Assembly (NCBI GenBank): GCA_951406725.2
Contig: OX597814.1
Location: forward strand, 146,072,001 to 146,136,000
DNA from: Octopus vulgaris
Lineage: Eukaryota
Reading direction: 5' to 3'
Length of the DNA: 64,000 nucleotides
In this document: piece by piece, positions 13,921 to 27,466 of the stretch
Layout: every line of letters starts with the position of its first letter
Numbering within the stretch: position 1 is the stretch's first letter
Program-made: the position numbers and the translations under genes
Notes under the pieces: model-generated
Databases searched by the model: none
What the model saw: the letters and a program-made list of their open reading frames with translations, nothing else
Told to the model about the DNA's origin: nothing

Positions 13921-14028
13921 AATACCCCTTATATATACGATATATAATTGAAATTTACAGAAAAAAGAGGAAGGCAGGTGTATAAATAGCAAATAGGTAG
14001 TAGTTTAAACCTCCGGAAGGTGAGAAGG

Positions 14029-14066
14029 TCTTTTACATTTCGAGCTTACGCTCTTCAGCAGAGAGG
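14029..14066 (-). ncRNA. Degenerate hammerhead-like motif
   Basis: Minus strand cctct-CTGCTGA-aGAGC gtaa GCTC-GAAA-tgTA-aaaga. Same family as 37958-37992. Confidence 0.5.
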
Positions 14067-14154
14067 AACACGAGAAAATAAACAAAGATAGAATATAAAA
14101 AATAACTTTTGGAGCTAGTGGTCAATCATGGCGGCATATATATATATGTGTGTA

Positions 14155-14213
<59 letters not shown>

Positions 14214-14226
14214 TTATCTATCTATC

Positions 14227-14271
<45 letters not shown>

Positions 14272-14280
14272 TTATGTATA

Positions 14281-15279
14281 TATATATGCATGTATATATA
14301 CATGTAGATGTAAGTATGTACATATATGTATGTATATATGCATATATTTTATTTATCTATTATATTACTATATGACCGAACGCACGCGTTATTTCTCTTC
14401 TCCAAGTTTTTATTTGAATCATCACGACGCACAATCTTTGACCTTTCCTCCCTGCCTGTCTGTCTTTCTCTCTACTTGTCTCTCTCCTTCTTATTTTTCA
14501 CCCTTTCTGGTTTCTTTCCCCTCTCTCTCCTCCTCCTCCTGACCAGAGGGTTGCTAAAACTTTCTTTATTTTTCACCCTTTCTGGTTTCTTTCCCCCTCT
14601 CTCTCTCTCATCTCTCCGCCTCCTCCTCATCCTCCTGACTAGAGGGTTGCTAAAACTTTCTTTCAGCTTCGTCCTTCAACAAGTATAGATCGCCTTCTGT
14701 CCTTCGTAAGCCGATTTTTCACATGCGTTCTAACTAATTTTTCCACCGTCCAGGCAAAAAAAGCCCTTATTGTCTGTTTCCTGTCCTGTTTCTTTATTGT
14801 ACTGTTTTCTTTATTTTCTTCATTTGTATTGGTTTTTCTTCATTTGTATTGTTTTTTCTTCATTTGTATTACTTTTACGTCCAGTTTTTGTCACTTATTT
14901 TACCCCTCTGCAAAAGAATTGTATTTAATTCCTTCTGCAGGAAGGACTGCTTCGACTGTGTTCTGTCCTTACTTTCGAAACACATTTGAGTTGAAACAGA
15001 GACAGCTGATGAAGGGGAATTTTCCTTGTATTGTTTGTCCTGTACTCTGTTTTTTCGTTGTTTAAAAAAAGTCCGCTTCCTTGTTTGATTTTATGTCCTC
15101 GTCTCTCGTTGTGTTCTACGTTTATTTGTGGTGTCTTGTACTCATATATATATATATGCATGTATATATACATGTAGATGTAAGTATGTACATATATGTA
15201 TGTATATATGCATATATTTTATTTATTTATTATATTACTATATGACCGAACGCACACGTTATTTCTCTTCTCCAAGTTT
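14281..15279. repeat. 870-bp unit with a 129-bp terminal direct repeat
   Basis: 14281-14409 equals 15151-15279 with 2 mismatches. Internal ~75-bp tandem duplication at ~14490-14660. Confidence 0.9.
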
Positions 15280-16199
15280 ATATATATATATATATATATG
15301 TGAATGTGTATGATTGTATCGTGTCTGAGTATGTATATATGTATGTATATGGAATTATGCAGTACTTGCAGTGAAAGAACCAACAATTCAGTTCTTATAT
15401 TGCGAATATTGGTAAAGTGCTGTTGTAAGCAATAAATCTTCAAAAGTGCTTTGAAATCACATACACACGCACAAAAATGAATGCACACAGTATCATGCAC
15501 ATTCGCAAAAATACACACACACAAGTGTATTCGCTTGTGTATATATGTGCAGCATGTTATATTTTTTATTAATAGTATTTAAAAATGAGATTTCCTTTGT
15601 TTTCTCAACACGCTACTTGTTCCTATATGATACTGTATTTTTAATGTGTTTATCTTCGTTGATATATTTCGTTTCTTTGGAACTATATGGATATATCTAT
15701 TCGTCTAGTGAAATGTGTTTCTCAAAACGATGAGCAAAACATATAGCTCTTATATTTCTTATCTCAAGTATCGATCATACAGTAATAGGCAGCCAATCTT
15801 AGAAGTGGTACGTAGAAGGTGATGAAATAAAATAATAGATACAAACGTATCAAAAAGATTGTGTCTGTCAGAAAGAGAGAGAGAGAGAGAGAGAGTGAGT
15901 GAGTGAGTGAGAGAGACAGAGAGAGAAATGAGAGAGAGGTTAGGGATAGAGGGTGAGAGAGAGGGGAAACAGAAAAGCTCAGTGAGGAGGAAATACAGAA
16001 AGATAGAGAGAGAGAGAAAGAGAGAGAGAGAGTGGGGGAACGAAAGAGAGAAAGACAGATAGAACGAAAATTTGTGTCTATGTAAGGAAATATTGTTAAA
16101 CAAATTTATCAGATTTATATGCATAGATTGAATAATAAAAGTATATAAAACAATAATATGTACCTCTGTGTGTGTATACATATATAAATGCACATATAT

Positions 16200-17150
16200 A
16201 AACACATATGTTTTTTTTCTTTTACGTCTTACTTTTTTATCCAGAAGGGGAGGCCATGCTGTGGCACTGTCTTTAGTGGCATTGATTTTCTTTCCGCTAT
16301 TGTTTCTTCGGAAGTAGCAAGTTCCATGGAACTACTATTCTTTGTGTCGCCGGCCACGATGAGGGTCCATCCAGTATCTCTGACAAAAATTCATCGAAAC
16401 GTACCGGGAAAACCTCTTCGCCTACACCGCGTAGATGTCTGAAGTTATTTTGGTTGAATGATGAAAGTTTGTGTGCCGTTAAACCAAAATTGTTACAATA
16501 CTGTAACCTTATAATAAATAGAGAAGACAGGATCATTGGTACTATGCAGTATCCTCCAGTTCCGTGGTTGGTATAGCTTTCAATTCCAAAGTTAGGAGCT
16601 AGATATTTAGGGTCCCCCATATGCATTTCACTGGGTATTTTCGCTTCAACACTCTCGGCGTATATTCTCAGACCCTTTAGCTTCTCCCATTTGCTCATTT
16701 GTTGCACCAAATCGATCTTGTATAGTGGCACGGGGTTGCCATGAGCTGTGTTATGAGTTCGACGCTCTACAGTTGTTTGGAGCAATAATACTTGTTCCTA
16801 GTTTTCAATGATTTGAGAACGCAACCAGGTATTCAATTCACGGTATTGCTATTGCGGTAATATACACATGGAATGTTGCATGGATACTCATGTGAATTCC
16901 CGGGTCACGCATTGACTCTGATTCTGGAATTGCATTGCTGCTAGTCTTGTGTATTCCGCTTGTGTTCTGATTGTGAGTTGATCGTAGTCCTTGAAACTTC
17001 TTAGCATTCAACTGCATGTTAATTTCATCAATCCACTTGTATACTTCATTCAGGTCTTTCGGTGGATTTCGAGCCATCAGAGTCCTTGATCGCTTTCGAT
17101 AAATGAACTAATGCTGGTAGTAGCGGCTGCCTTGGTTTCCTGCTAAAAAA
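16200..17150 (-). mobile_element. CR1/L2-type LINE 3' fragment (degenerate)
   Basis: KDLNEVYKWIDEINMQLNAKKFQ, SMRDPGIHMS, WEKLKGLRIY, APNFGIESYTN and FDEFLSEILDGP. Confidence 0.8.
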
Positions 17151-17229
17151 TTTTTAGATTGATCATTCTTTTAGAGATCCTTTTTTAAAATTATATTTCA
17201 TGTATATTCTCAACACCGAAACCTACATA

Positions 17230-17303
<74 letters not shown>

Positions 17304-17327
17304 TTATCTATTATGTATGTATGTATG

Positions 17328-17381
<54 letters not shown>

Positions 17382-17382
17382 C

Positions 17383-17478
<96 letters not shown>

Positions 17479-17485
17479 TTATCGA
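17230..17485. repeat. (TATC)n/(TATG)n microsatellite
   Basis: Directly visible. Representative of dozens of simple-repeat tracts in the window. Confidence 0.95.
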
Positions 17486-18765
17486 TCTGTCTACCTATTT
17501 TCTACTCGTCTTCCTATCATTTTCTCTCAATTCCAACCTTCCACTCACTTTCTCTACCTAACTTTTCCTTCTTCTCCGTCTAAATTTCGTACGTTGTTTC
17601 CATCCATCTATATTACAATCATTGCCATCTTCCTCTTAACCATCCATCTTTGCATCATTCCATCCATTCATCATTCTTTCTATCTTTGTATTTACCCTTT
17701 TCTTATTCCTTCCTTTCCTTCTCGGTTTAACTCCTTACCTTCACTCGCCCCTTTTTTTTTGTTACTTTTTCACCAATTCCTTCTCACAGGTCCTTTTTTC
17801 CTTTTTACCTTCTAAGGAGTATTTTTGTATTGACTGTTTAAATGTCAGTCACATCTTTTGCAGTTCATTGTCCTTTTAAATATTTTTCTCAAGTTTGAAA
17901 TTAACACTTATAAGTGTCACTTCTCACAACCTGTCACGAATTCGAAAGACATTCTATGTACACATTTATATATTGATTTGATTAATTTCATATACTTGTT
18001 ATCCTTACAACTCCTCTTTATTTAGCATTCTTTCCCTGGCACCTACTTTTCTGTTGTCATTCAGATTGCATTAGCAAGTTTCTGTAATTATTATCCCTCC
18101 CCCGTCTATTTCCCTCAGAAGTTCACAATTGCTGACGTCAATAAATTGGAAACTATCGTCAGCATATGTCGAAATTTTGATGATGTATGATCGACAATTC
18201 CGCAAATGTAAAGCGCGCATATCTTCGGTTGCGCATGCGTCCGTATTTGTACGAGCTTGTGTGTATATGCAGGAGTATTTATATGTCTGCATGCATGCAT
18301 GGATGTGTTGCATGCATGTGTGTGCCTGTGTGTCTGTGTGTGTTTGTACATGTGTGTGTGTTTGTACATGGTTCTGTGTGTGTGTATAAATTTCGGTCAT
18401 GGATATGAATTTATTCCTGGTGGCGGAATTCTCTTCTGCAGCGCACAGGGTTTCGTAAGAATTACTTTTACGGAAGACTAACAATGCCTACACAGTTTTG
18501 CCTTCTCCCTCCACACCAACAATGAAGTGCAACGGCAAGGCATGTCCGATTCAGATTGGTATTTCTGTCAGGAGGCAAAACGACGAAAGAAATGCTGCAA
18601 AGCATGACATCTCCCGCTCCAGAAATTCCTCTAATCGAATGCCTGTTATTTTACGTTTATATATTTTTCCTTTACACAAACAGGATATACATATATAATA
18701 TATGTCTATATACATGTGTTTGTAAAGATATAAATACATTTCTCACTCTCCTCCTCCTGTCCCTT

Positions 18766-18881
<116 letters not shown>

Positions 18882-18933
18882 CATAGGTATATATATATAT
18901 ATGTATATATATATACATATGTATATATATGTA

Positions 18934-18976
<43 letters not shown>

Positions 18977-19030
18977 TATATACATATATATACATATGTA
19001 TATATATATACATATATATATATATATACC

Positions 19031-19061
<31 letters not shown>

Positions 19062-19607
19062 ATATATATATATATATATATGCATAGTTAGAGATATACG
19101 TATGTGTATTTATTTAGAAATCAATGCGATTGTACGTGTTTGTGTGTGTGGGTGTATACATGTGTATGTGTTAATAATCATTTTTACTATTGGCACGAAA
19201 CCTTAAAAATTTGGCGCAGGAGCTCAACTCCGAAAAAGATAAAAGGCAAAATCCACCTCGGCTAAATTTGAACTCTGAACGCAAAGGCGGAGGAAATGTG
19301 TTTAAGCCAGTTAGCCACCTTCTGCATGTTAATAATGAACTGAAGAAAAAGAAAAGCATTTTAGTTTCTGAGCGTCATTTAAAAAAAATTATTTTTCTAT
19401 TTTTTTACGGACCGGCATATTAAAATGACTTAGGCCTTTGTCTTTCACCCTATCAGTGTCCCTGAATAGTGGAGTGGATATATCGACTGCTTATTGCTCA
19501 ACGTTTCCTCAATTAGAGACTCTTATTATGAGCGATATACATCACGACTAAGAAAATATGTCATTGGTTTATTCGTAAGTCTCTTGGTATATTATATTTC
19601 ACTTATA

Positions 19608-20260
19608 TTTTCTAAGCAATGTCCGAGTCTGTATTTGCTTTCCGGCAATGTTTATTCAGACGCATTTTGTGATGTCGGGCGCAAAAATACCTTAGGCTAA
19701 GCCTGAAAGCAATGAAGTCATAAAAGAGTCATCCATAACTTGCAGTAAGCAACATTTATTAAAATAAAAGTATTCAGAACATAGAATAACATGTAACAAA
19801 AACAATTTGCAAACATATTAACATTCCCATATAACAGGTAAGAACATCACCATTATTATATTAAGGCGGCGAACTGGCAGAAACGTTAGCACGCCGGGCG
19901 AAATGCGTAGCCGTATTTCGTCTGTCGTTACGTTCTGAGTTCAAATTCCGCCGAGGTCAACTTTGCCTTTCATCCTTTCGGGGTCGATAAATTAAGTACC
20001 AGTTACGCACTGGGGTTGATATCTGTCCTTGTTTGTCCCCTCTGTGTTTAGCCCCGCGTGGGTAGTAAAGAAATAATTATTATATTACGCATAACGCGGA
20101 AGTGTTTATTCGACTATGTGATGCTAGCTTAATTACGCACGACTCAAGTTAGAGGAGTGCGTATTATACACAAGGTTTAGGCTTTTCACTGGTACATACC
20201 CCTAAAAATCCCCTGCGTATTTCACTTATAAGGCTGCATTACAAGCGCAAATTTTTCACT
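19608..20260. mobile_element. Truncated copy of the 39591-40111 MITE, inverted and interrupted by a SINE
   Basis: 19608-19860 and 20080-20260 align in reverse complement to ~39600-40020. Confidence 0.85.
19864..20075 (+). mobile_element. tRNA-derived SINE family A with a 12-bp TSD
   Basis: Head ggcggcgaactggcagaaacgttagc (A box) and gagttcaaattcc (B box). TSD attattatatta at 19852-19863 and 20076-20087. Confidence 0.92.
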
Positions 20261-22502
20261 CAGAATATAATTAAAAAACACAACATTAATAAATGTTAAT
20301 ATTACCATATTAATATGTTATATACTTGTACTAAAATATTAAAGCTAATATACTTTAATAGATTTGTAAGTACTGTAAGGTTAAATAAAAACAAAATGTG
20401 GTATTGAAATTGATTTATATTTATATACTTATTAAAATTTCTCAAATACAAAAAGAACATCTGCTTCAGATAATTTGAATTAATATATTTATTCAAGTGT
20501 AGAGTGGTGACGTAGATGATTTATTAAAAAGTTAAATATTCCAAACTTAAGTTAAAAACGTAAGTATAATTTACGTGAAAAGTTAAGCGGAAAATTGAAT
20601 TGGTAAAATCTATAGGAAACTTACGTCATCAAATTATGGATCTATTGAAGGTCTTTGAGATATTTAATTCAAAATTCTTTCAGTTGCGATTCTATAATTT
20701 TTGTTTTCTTATGCTTGAAATTTCAGATGTATTCAAAAGAGATCTTCCTATAAATCAATATGTTGAAAGGGAACTTCAGTGGAAAGATAATTTTGAAATC
20801 GGAAATAGTGATTCGAAATCAAATAAAATAAAGGACTAAAATAATAAGGACGAATTACTAAAAGTTTTCTTTTTCTATTGAATTTCGATGCAAGCAATAG
20901 TGGGGATCATAGACCCGCACGTAATACATAAGTGTATACACATATGCATTACTATGTGTAAGTATGCGCACACTTACACATAGACATGTATAAATGTAAA
21001 TGCACATATGCCCCCAGAAACACACACACACAATACACACACATGAACGTGTATGTATATATGCGTGGGTTAGATTTGGTGTAATACAAAAGTGGGTATA
21101 ATTTGCTTCTATTACCCGAAAGAAGTGTAACGTGTGAGCAGAATAGCTCTACCTTTATTGTAACTCTTTCGGCTTTTCTTCATTGCAGGCGAATAATAGG
21201 ATCCAAGCAGAGGCGTTAAGGTATCATTGAATTCATGACGGAGAAAAAGTACAGGCTGTTCGGCTTCTCCTGAAAGCGCTACAGATGGTTTACAAGAATG
21301 ACTCATTTGACAGTGTAAAGGTTAATCTGACAACGCGTAGAATTTGGAAGAGCAAGAATTTCTCTAGGAACACATGCAGTTTAAGCAACAAAATCATTAA
21401 AATAAATTATGCATACAATGCATTTCTTTAAGCCCAAACATGTGACTACAAGTGAGTACACGTGTGTAAAAATCTGTAAAACTTTTAAGAAATTTGGCAT
21501 TTAAATATATATGAGCAGGTCTAGATATGCAACTATATGCAAGAAAATGCATACAGAGATCAAAACACACAAATCTGCACACATACATACATGCGTACAA
21601 ACATGCATACATATATACATACATACATATATGCATACATACATACATACATACATACATACATACATACATACATACATACATACATACAAAAATACCT
21701 TAGTGTTGATGTTGAAATTTCGGTGAAGGGGGTTAGAAATTGGATCTTTCTCTATTGGCAAGAAATCTTGAAATAAAACTGAACAGTGACACCCCACCCC
21801 CACGCACACATACCCACACCCACACACTCACGTGTATATACATACACATTTATAGTTATGGTATATTATATTAAGAATGTACATGTATACCTACATCATT
21901 TGATATATACATCTGGATATAAGCTTTTATGTCTATGTGTGTGCGTTTCTTGTCTGGGATGCGTGCGTGTGTCTGTATGCAATATGATTGCAGACTGTAG
22001 TAAAATAAGATATCAAAATATTTAGCCCCTAGTATTATTATTCAGTGAGAACGAAAGATATAGAACATTCCAGCCGAAGTCAGTTATTTAGCTGGGACTT
22101 AGTCGTGTTGGCGAAATCAAAATTAACTGCTAAAATTAAGTGCTAAAATGCAGATTTTATGAAAGTAAAAACACCCAACATTTTTAGATCTTACGTTTTG
22201 TATTTATGTGAATATTAATGCTAGTTTATTGGAAATATAAAATAAATATATATATGAAATCTATATCAGCACATAATCAAAGTGTCATACTTTCGATATA
22301 TGAGATTTTAACTATATTATTAATACGTCCATTGTTCGTCGATATATAGTAACTATCAAATTTTATAGCCTCATTTTCTAACAGAACAGAATCAAGATTT
22401 ATTCCATTGTTTTCGCCTCAAAATTCTCGTATATTGTAAAACATCTGCGCAAGAACGCGTATACAAGAGTGCAATGTCTATAATACTATATTGTTATAGT
22501 TA

Positions 22503-22578
<76 letters not shown>

Positions 22579-25500
22579 TACATATACCTATAATATATTT
22601 AGGTACAACAGTGTTATAATTATATGAATATATACTGAAATTTGCTTATACGCACATACATACACACATACACTCACACACTCGCACATACACACATATA
22701 CAATATACATTTATTAAAATACATATATTTCTTTCTTCCTAAATATCTCTATAAAGAAATCTCTACATACACTCTGATTCTTTTTATTGGAGCGGTGAAT
22801 ATATTTTACAGTAGTACAGTAATTTCAAATGTGATTTATTATTTTTTTTTTTAGGTATTTAGTCTAAAACTCAATTTAACCATACTATGTAAAATTCGTG
22901 ATGCGTTTTTATATAACTAACTTTTAGTTGTGCCAACTAATAAAAAGACTTATATGACCAGTGGAAAGATGTTTTCCTGGGGCTAAAACAACAGTAACAT
23001 CGTCCTTTACAGGACTGCAACGTTACTATGTTTCGTTTGTTTTTCGAAATAGTAGCATACTTAGAGCATACACAGAGACACCAATTTAGTTCTAACCAAG
23101 TTTATGTACACAGTGAATGTGAACGGCAAGTTTGCCAAGAAGTTGATCTCAAGTGCTTAGATGTTCGCATAATGTTTGCCTACTCCACCCTCGTGTCAAG
23201 TGTGGCCGATGCCGAGAAGGTTTCTCTTGACATCTAATGAGAATATGCTTGGTGTTGACGCAATATAAGGAGAAAGACAGGTATGGATGTGCTCAGCTCG
23301 CAAGACAGTGACGAATAAATTAACGGTAGCAAATGATGATAGTAAATCTGTGTGCCAAACTGGGAACGTGCTTGTGTGTGACCTGAGTGTTCACATATCC
23401 TTTTGTACGATGCACCTTAAATGTTTGACGTCAAAGTCCAGTTCCACTTTAGAAATAGGAGATTGATTTAATCTGGTTCCCAGTTGTACTTTGTAAATGG
23501 TCAGTAGATGTTAGTGAGTGAACCATGATCTTTGGTTACCGAAAAGAAATGGAAATATTTCTGATGCACATCTATGCAATACTTGTAAGTGCATATAAAA
23601 GGTCGGTCATCTACGGTCACTAATAAATCTAACATTTGTACATACATTTTATATTCTTACGCTTTAGGAAGATAATTTTTCTGGTATTTGTGTTCATTCT
23701 GATTTTCTTATTGTTGAACAAGTCAAAATTGCTACACACCTATCAAGAAATGCTTTCTTTTCTGTTGTTTATGTCAGATCGATAAGAATTGTGAATGCTT
23801 ATTGCCAAATGCAAGATCATCCCTTAATTTTTCTATATGCAGTCTAATATCACATTATTTAACCTGTTCTTTCGAAAGGCGCTAGAGCGAGAACTAAGAA
23901 AGTTTTAGCTGTGAATTAAGCATTTCAAAAGACAAGTATACTTAATTGGTTTTATGGTTTCGAGATCTCAGTTAATTCTGTATTTTAACGCGATATATAT
24001 AGTCGGTTACAATAATTATCTTAAGATTTTGTAAGTCGGTACCTGAAGGGAAGACAGGACTACGGCGAGATTTTCTTAGAGTCGACTATTGAAAACGGAA
24101 AAAACAAAGAGCAGTGATTTGGTGATTTTGTGGGAAATTGATCATAGCAGAGACCGCGGAAATAGAAGTGACTATTAAGACTGGAAAATGTACGTGGAGC
24201 TAGTACAACCATAAGCAGCTTCGGGAGTTAGAGACCACTATAGTATCGGTAGAAAAAGCTGATAGAGGACAGAGTTGTCTGTTTGTGTACGCAAGCAGCT
24301 CTCCCAATGTGGTGCGAGCCATATACCATTCTTTGTCTCAACTGAGCTTCAATGATTATTATAAGCTGAAATTCGCCGGGAGATTTCTTCGATTGAGACT
24401 CAGCAAATAGAAGACGTCTGAGCGCTCTAGCTGAATGCTGCTCATGGTGATGTACGCGTCGTGTGATGATCTTTTCTTCATTTGAATAGCGTTTTTTTTT
24501 CTTGCTGATGGAAGAGACAAACCTATTCGAGGTTGATTTCGCGGGTTCTGTTCATAAGACCACTGTGGGCTTAATGCTTTGTTCACGTATAAGAATATAG
24601 CATTTTACATGATCACTACCCTGAACAAATATTTCATTGATAAAAGGCATGACTGTAAAGTAATATCAATGATTGCGTTCTGTTTCTGCAAATCTAAAAA
24701 TATGTTGTAGTGAAGTAAAAATTCTCTCCACTACTTTTCTTCGATTATAATTGCATAAAATCTGAGCAATGGATATTTGATACAGGCACTAATACATGTC
24801 AGAGTAATAATATCAAAGTAAGTTTAAATGACTGAGGTATGAACAAATACATAAAATTGGATACATCCAATAACGTATCCGCATTTTTAATACATAAATA
24901 TAAACCTATCTATACTGCACGAAGTTTCTCTTTGATAATAGTTATATCAAAGTTAGAAATCAGTATTCATGTTTTTCTGTCTGTATATTCTATTTCGTTT
25001 ATGGCTTAATTGCTATCATATTGGTTAGCAGCAAATGATCGGAATGTTCCCAGAAGAATCTAAATATAATCAAATATTAAGAATAAACAAGATCACATGT
25101 ACATGTGAATATGATTCTTCATGAAATATGAATATTTTTTATTTTTTATTATAATGTCCATATTAATTATATCGTTATTTTATGTTCAGTGCAGCAACCG
25201 CATTCAAGTGTATTGATGTAACTGAAATATATTGTTTCAATCGACATATCGTTTCGCCCAAAATTGGAAGCCTACCATCCCAAAGTTCCTGGTTTCTAAC
25301 AAGAGGAAACCAGTGACAAAATGCAGAATTATCCGGAACAGATAACGTAAAGCATTTTGTACGTCACTCTAAAGGTTCTATCATTCTATCTCTTTGGACA
25401 GGTACTTTATTTCTCGACTACTGAATATTCAGAAGCAAATTTCACCAGTGTGATATTTACTCATTGAGAGAGAAATGGTAGCTGGAACATTTACATGCAA

Positions 25501-26390
25501 TACTTTCCATCAGAGTGATCTAACTAAATTTTTGCTTAAATTTATATATTCTTATATTCTTTCATAGATATTATTTTTTAAAAAACTGTCATATATTCTA
25601 AAAGATTCAAGAAAATCAATTTTATGATCTTAAGTTTTCTGGGTTTTTTCCCACCTTTTTACAATTAAACATGTCTTTGAAAATTAACACATCTTGGCGT
25701 ATGTATACTTGTGTATATATTTCAGATTGCAGTATTTTGAAAAGTCTTCAGAAACCGAAGCAGTAATTTCAGTAGTTATAGAGTTTATGATATTCTTGCT
25801 GCCACCTGTATTCTAAATTTTCAAACGACAATATTTATAGCAGGTACGGAACATATGTAGTTTACATTAATTAATTACAGAGAACGCAGAGGTTATTGAA
25901 TTTAACATAGGTTTCGAGGAACGTTACCAGGATTTTGTTTCGCTATTTGTACATCTGGATTATGGAATGATATACGATATTTCATGGCATGTTAAAGACG
26001 AGCGACATTAAATGTTGTTGGTTCCATTTGATCATCCTTAATTAAATATCTACTACCGTTCAACAAATATATGTTGCTGAATATAAAAACTCGAAAACAA
26101 CCATTTATCATTCTGGATGTAATTTGGTAAATATAACTAGTTACGAAAGTAAAAATAATATATATCATTTAGCAGAGTTTTGGTGAAACTATACAATGCC
26201 AGGTGAAAATATTTCGGAATAAAATGATTTGTTTGTTAAATCAAAAGTTAAGTTTATAGAAATTATTGAAACAGAGGGTAGGTTTTCACTAATATATTGA
26301 AGAGAAATGCCAACAAATACATATACAAGTATACATATACACATAATGTACATATGTACACGCACACACACACACACACACTCGCATATA

Positions 26391-26423
<33 letters not shown>

Positions 26424-26945
26424 AAAACAAAGCAAAGTTTAAGGTACCGCACGAGTGGAAATATAAATGGAAATTTTCAAAATGCAATTTAAAACTGTTT
26501 ATTGACTTGACCAGTTTCACGTTTTTTAGAACAGGATTGTCAAAAGTAAAATTTAAAATTTTGTATAAGCTTTTTTGTGTTATGTACTGGTTATCACAAG
26601 ATTATTAAAATAGAGTTATACATTCTTTGATAATAATAAGAAAATGTTAAAAATAGTTTACAAGAAAATATCTAAGAAATTATTCAGAACGGGACTACAA
26701 AAGTATTATGTGTTCAACAAAAATCATGTTTGCTTGGTACTATATATATATGCACAGAAGGAGATATATTTAAGAATTTACAAAAAATTGCAGAGGAATA
26801 GCTGATCTGTCTTTCTGACATTTTTTCTCCTGTGTGTTGCTAAAAAATGTTTAGTATTCTGAGGGAAAGCGTCGAAGGTTGGTTACCTACACACAAGACA
26901 AAAAATGTCAGAAAGAAGTCTTTGAAATTGCATTTTCCAACCTTC

Positions 26946-27024
<79 letters not shown>

Positions 27025-27049
27025 TATATTTCCTCTAGAGAATTTCCTT

Positions 27050-27100
<51 letters not shown>

Positions 27101-27274
27101 TATATATACACACATATATATATATATATATACTTATGTAAATATATATATATATATACATATATTTATATATACAAATATACATTTGCATATACACGCA
27201 CATATATACATATACACATATATATATGTACACATTTATATAAGTACACATATACACATATAGTCTAAGATGTC

Positions 27275-27411
27275 GCTGTATGGTAAGTACCTTGCTTACC
27301 AACACATGGTTCCGTGTTTAGTCCCTTGGGCAAGGGTCTTTTACTATAGCCTCGGGCCAACCAAAGCCATGTGAGTAGATTTGGTAGACGGAAACTGAAA
27401 GAAGCTCGTCG

Positions 27412-27420
<9 letters not shown>
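27275..27420 (+). mobile_element. SINE family B, 5' portion
   Basis: tggtaag...ccttgggcaag...gatttggtagacggaaactgaaagaagc, then microsatellite. Confidence 0.8.

Positions 27421-27466
<46 letters not shown>

Noticed and set aside
14970-15030. CGAAA followed by CTGATGA as a possible type-II hammerhead
   Set aside because: No stem I hairpin or valid stem III can be formed between the two boxes.
21165-21226. Polypyrimidine tract plus CAG acceptor and a 32-nt candidate exon
   Set aside because: Weak donor (gtatca), no recognisable protein and no partner exons.
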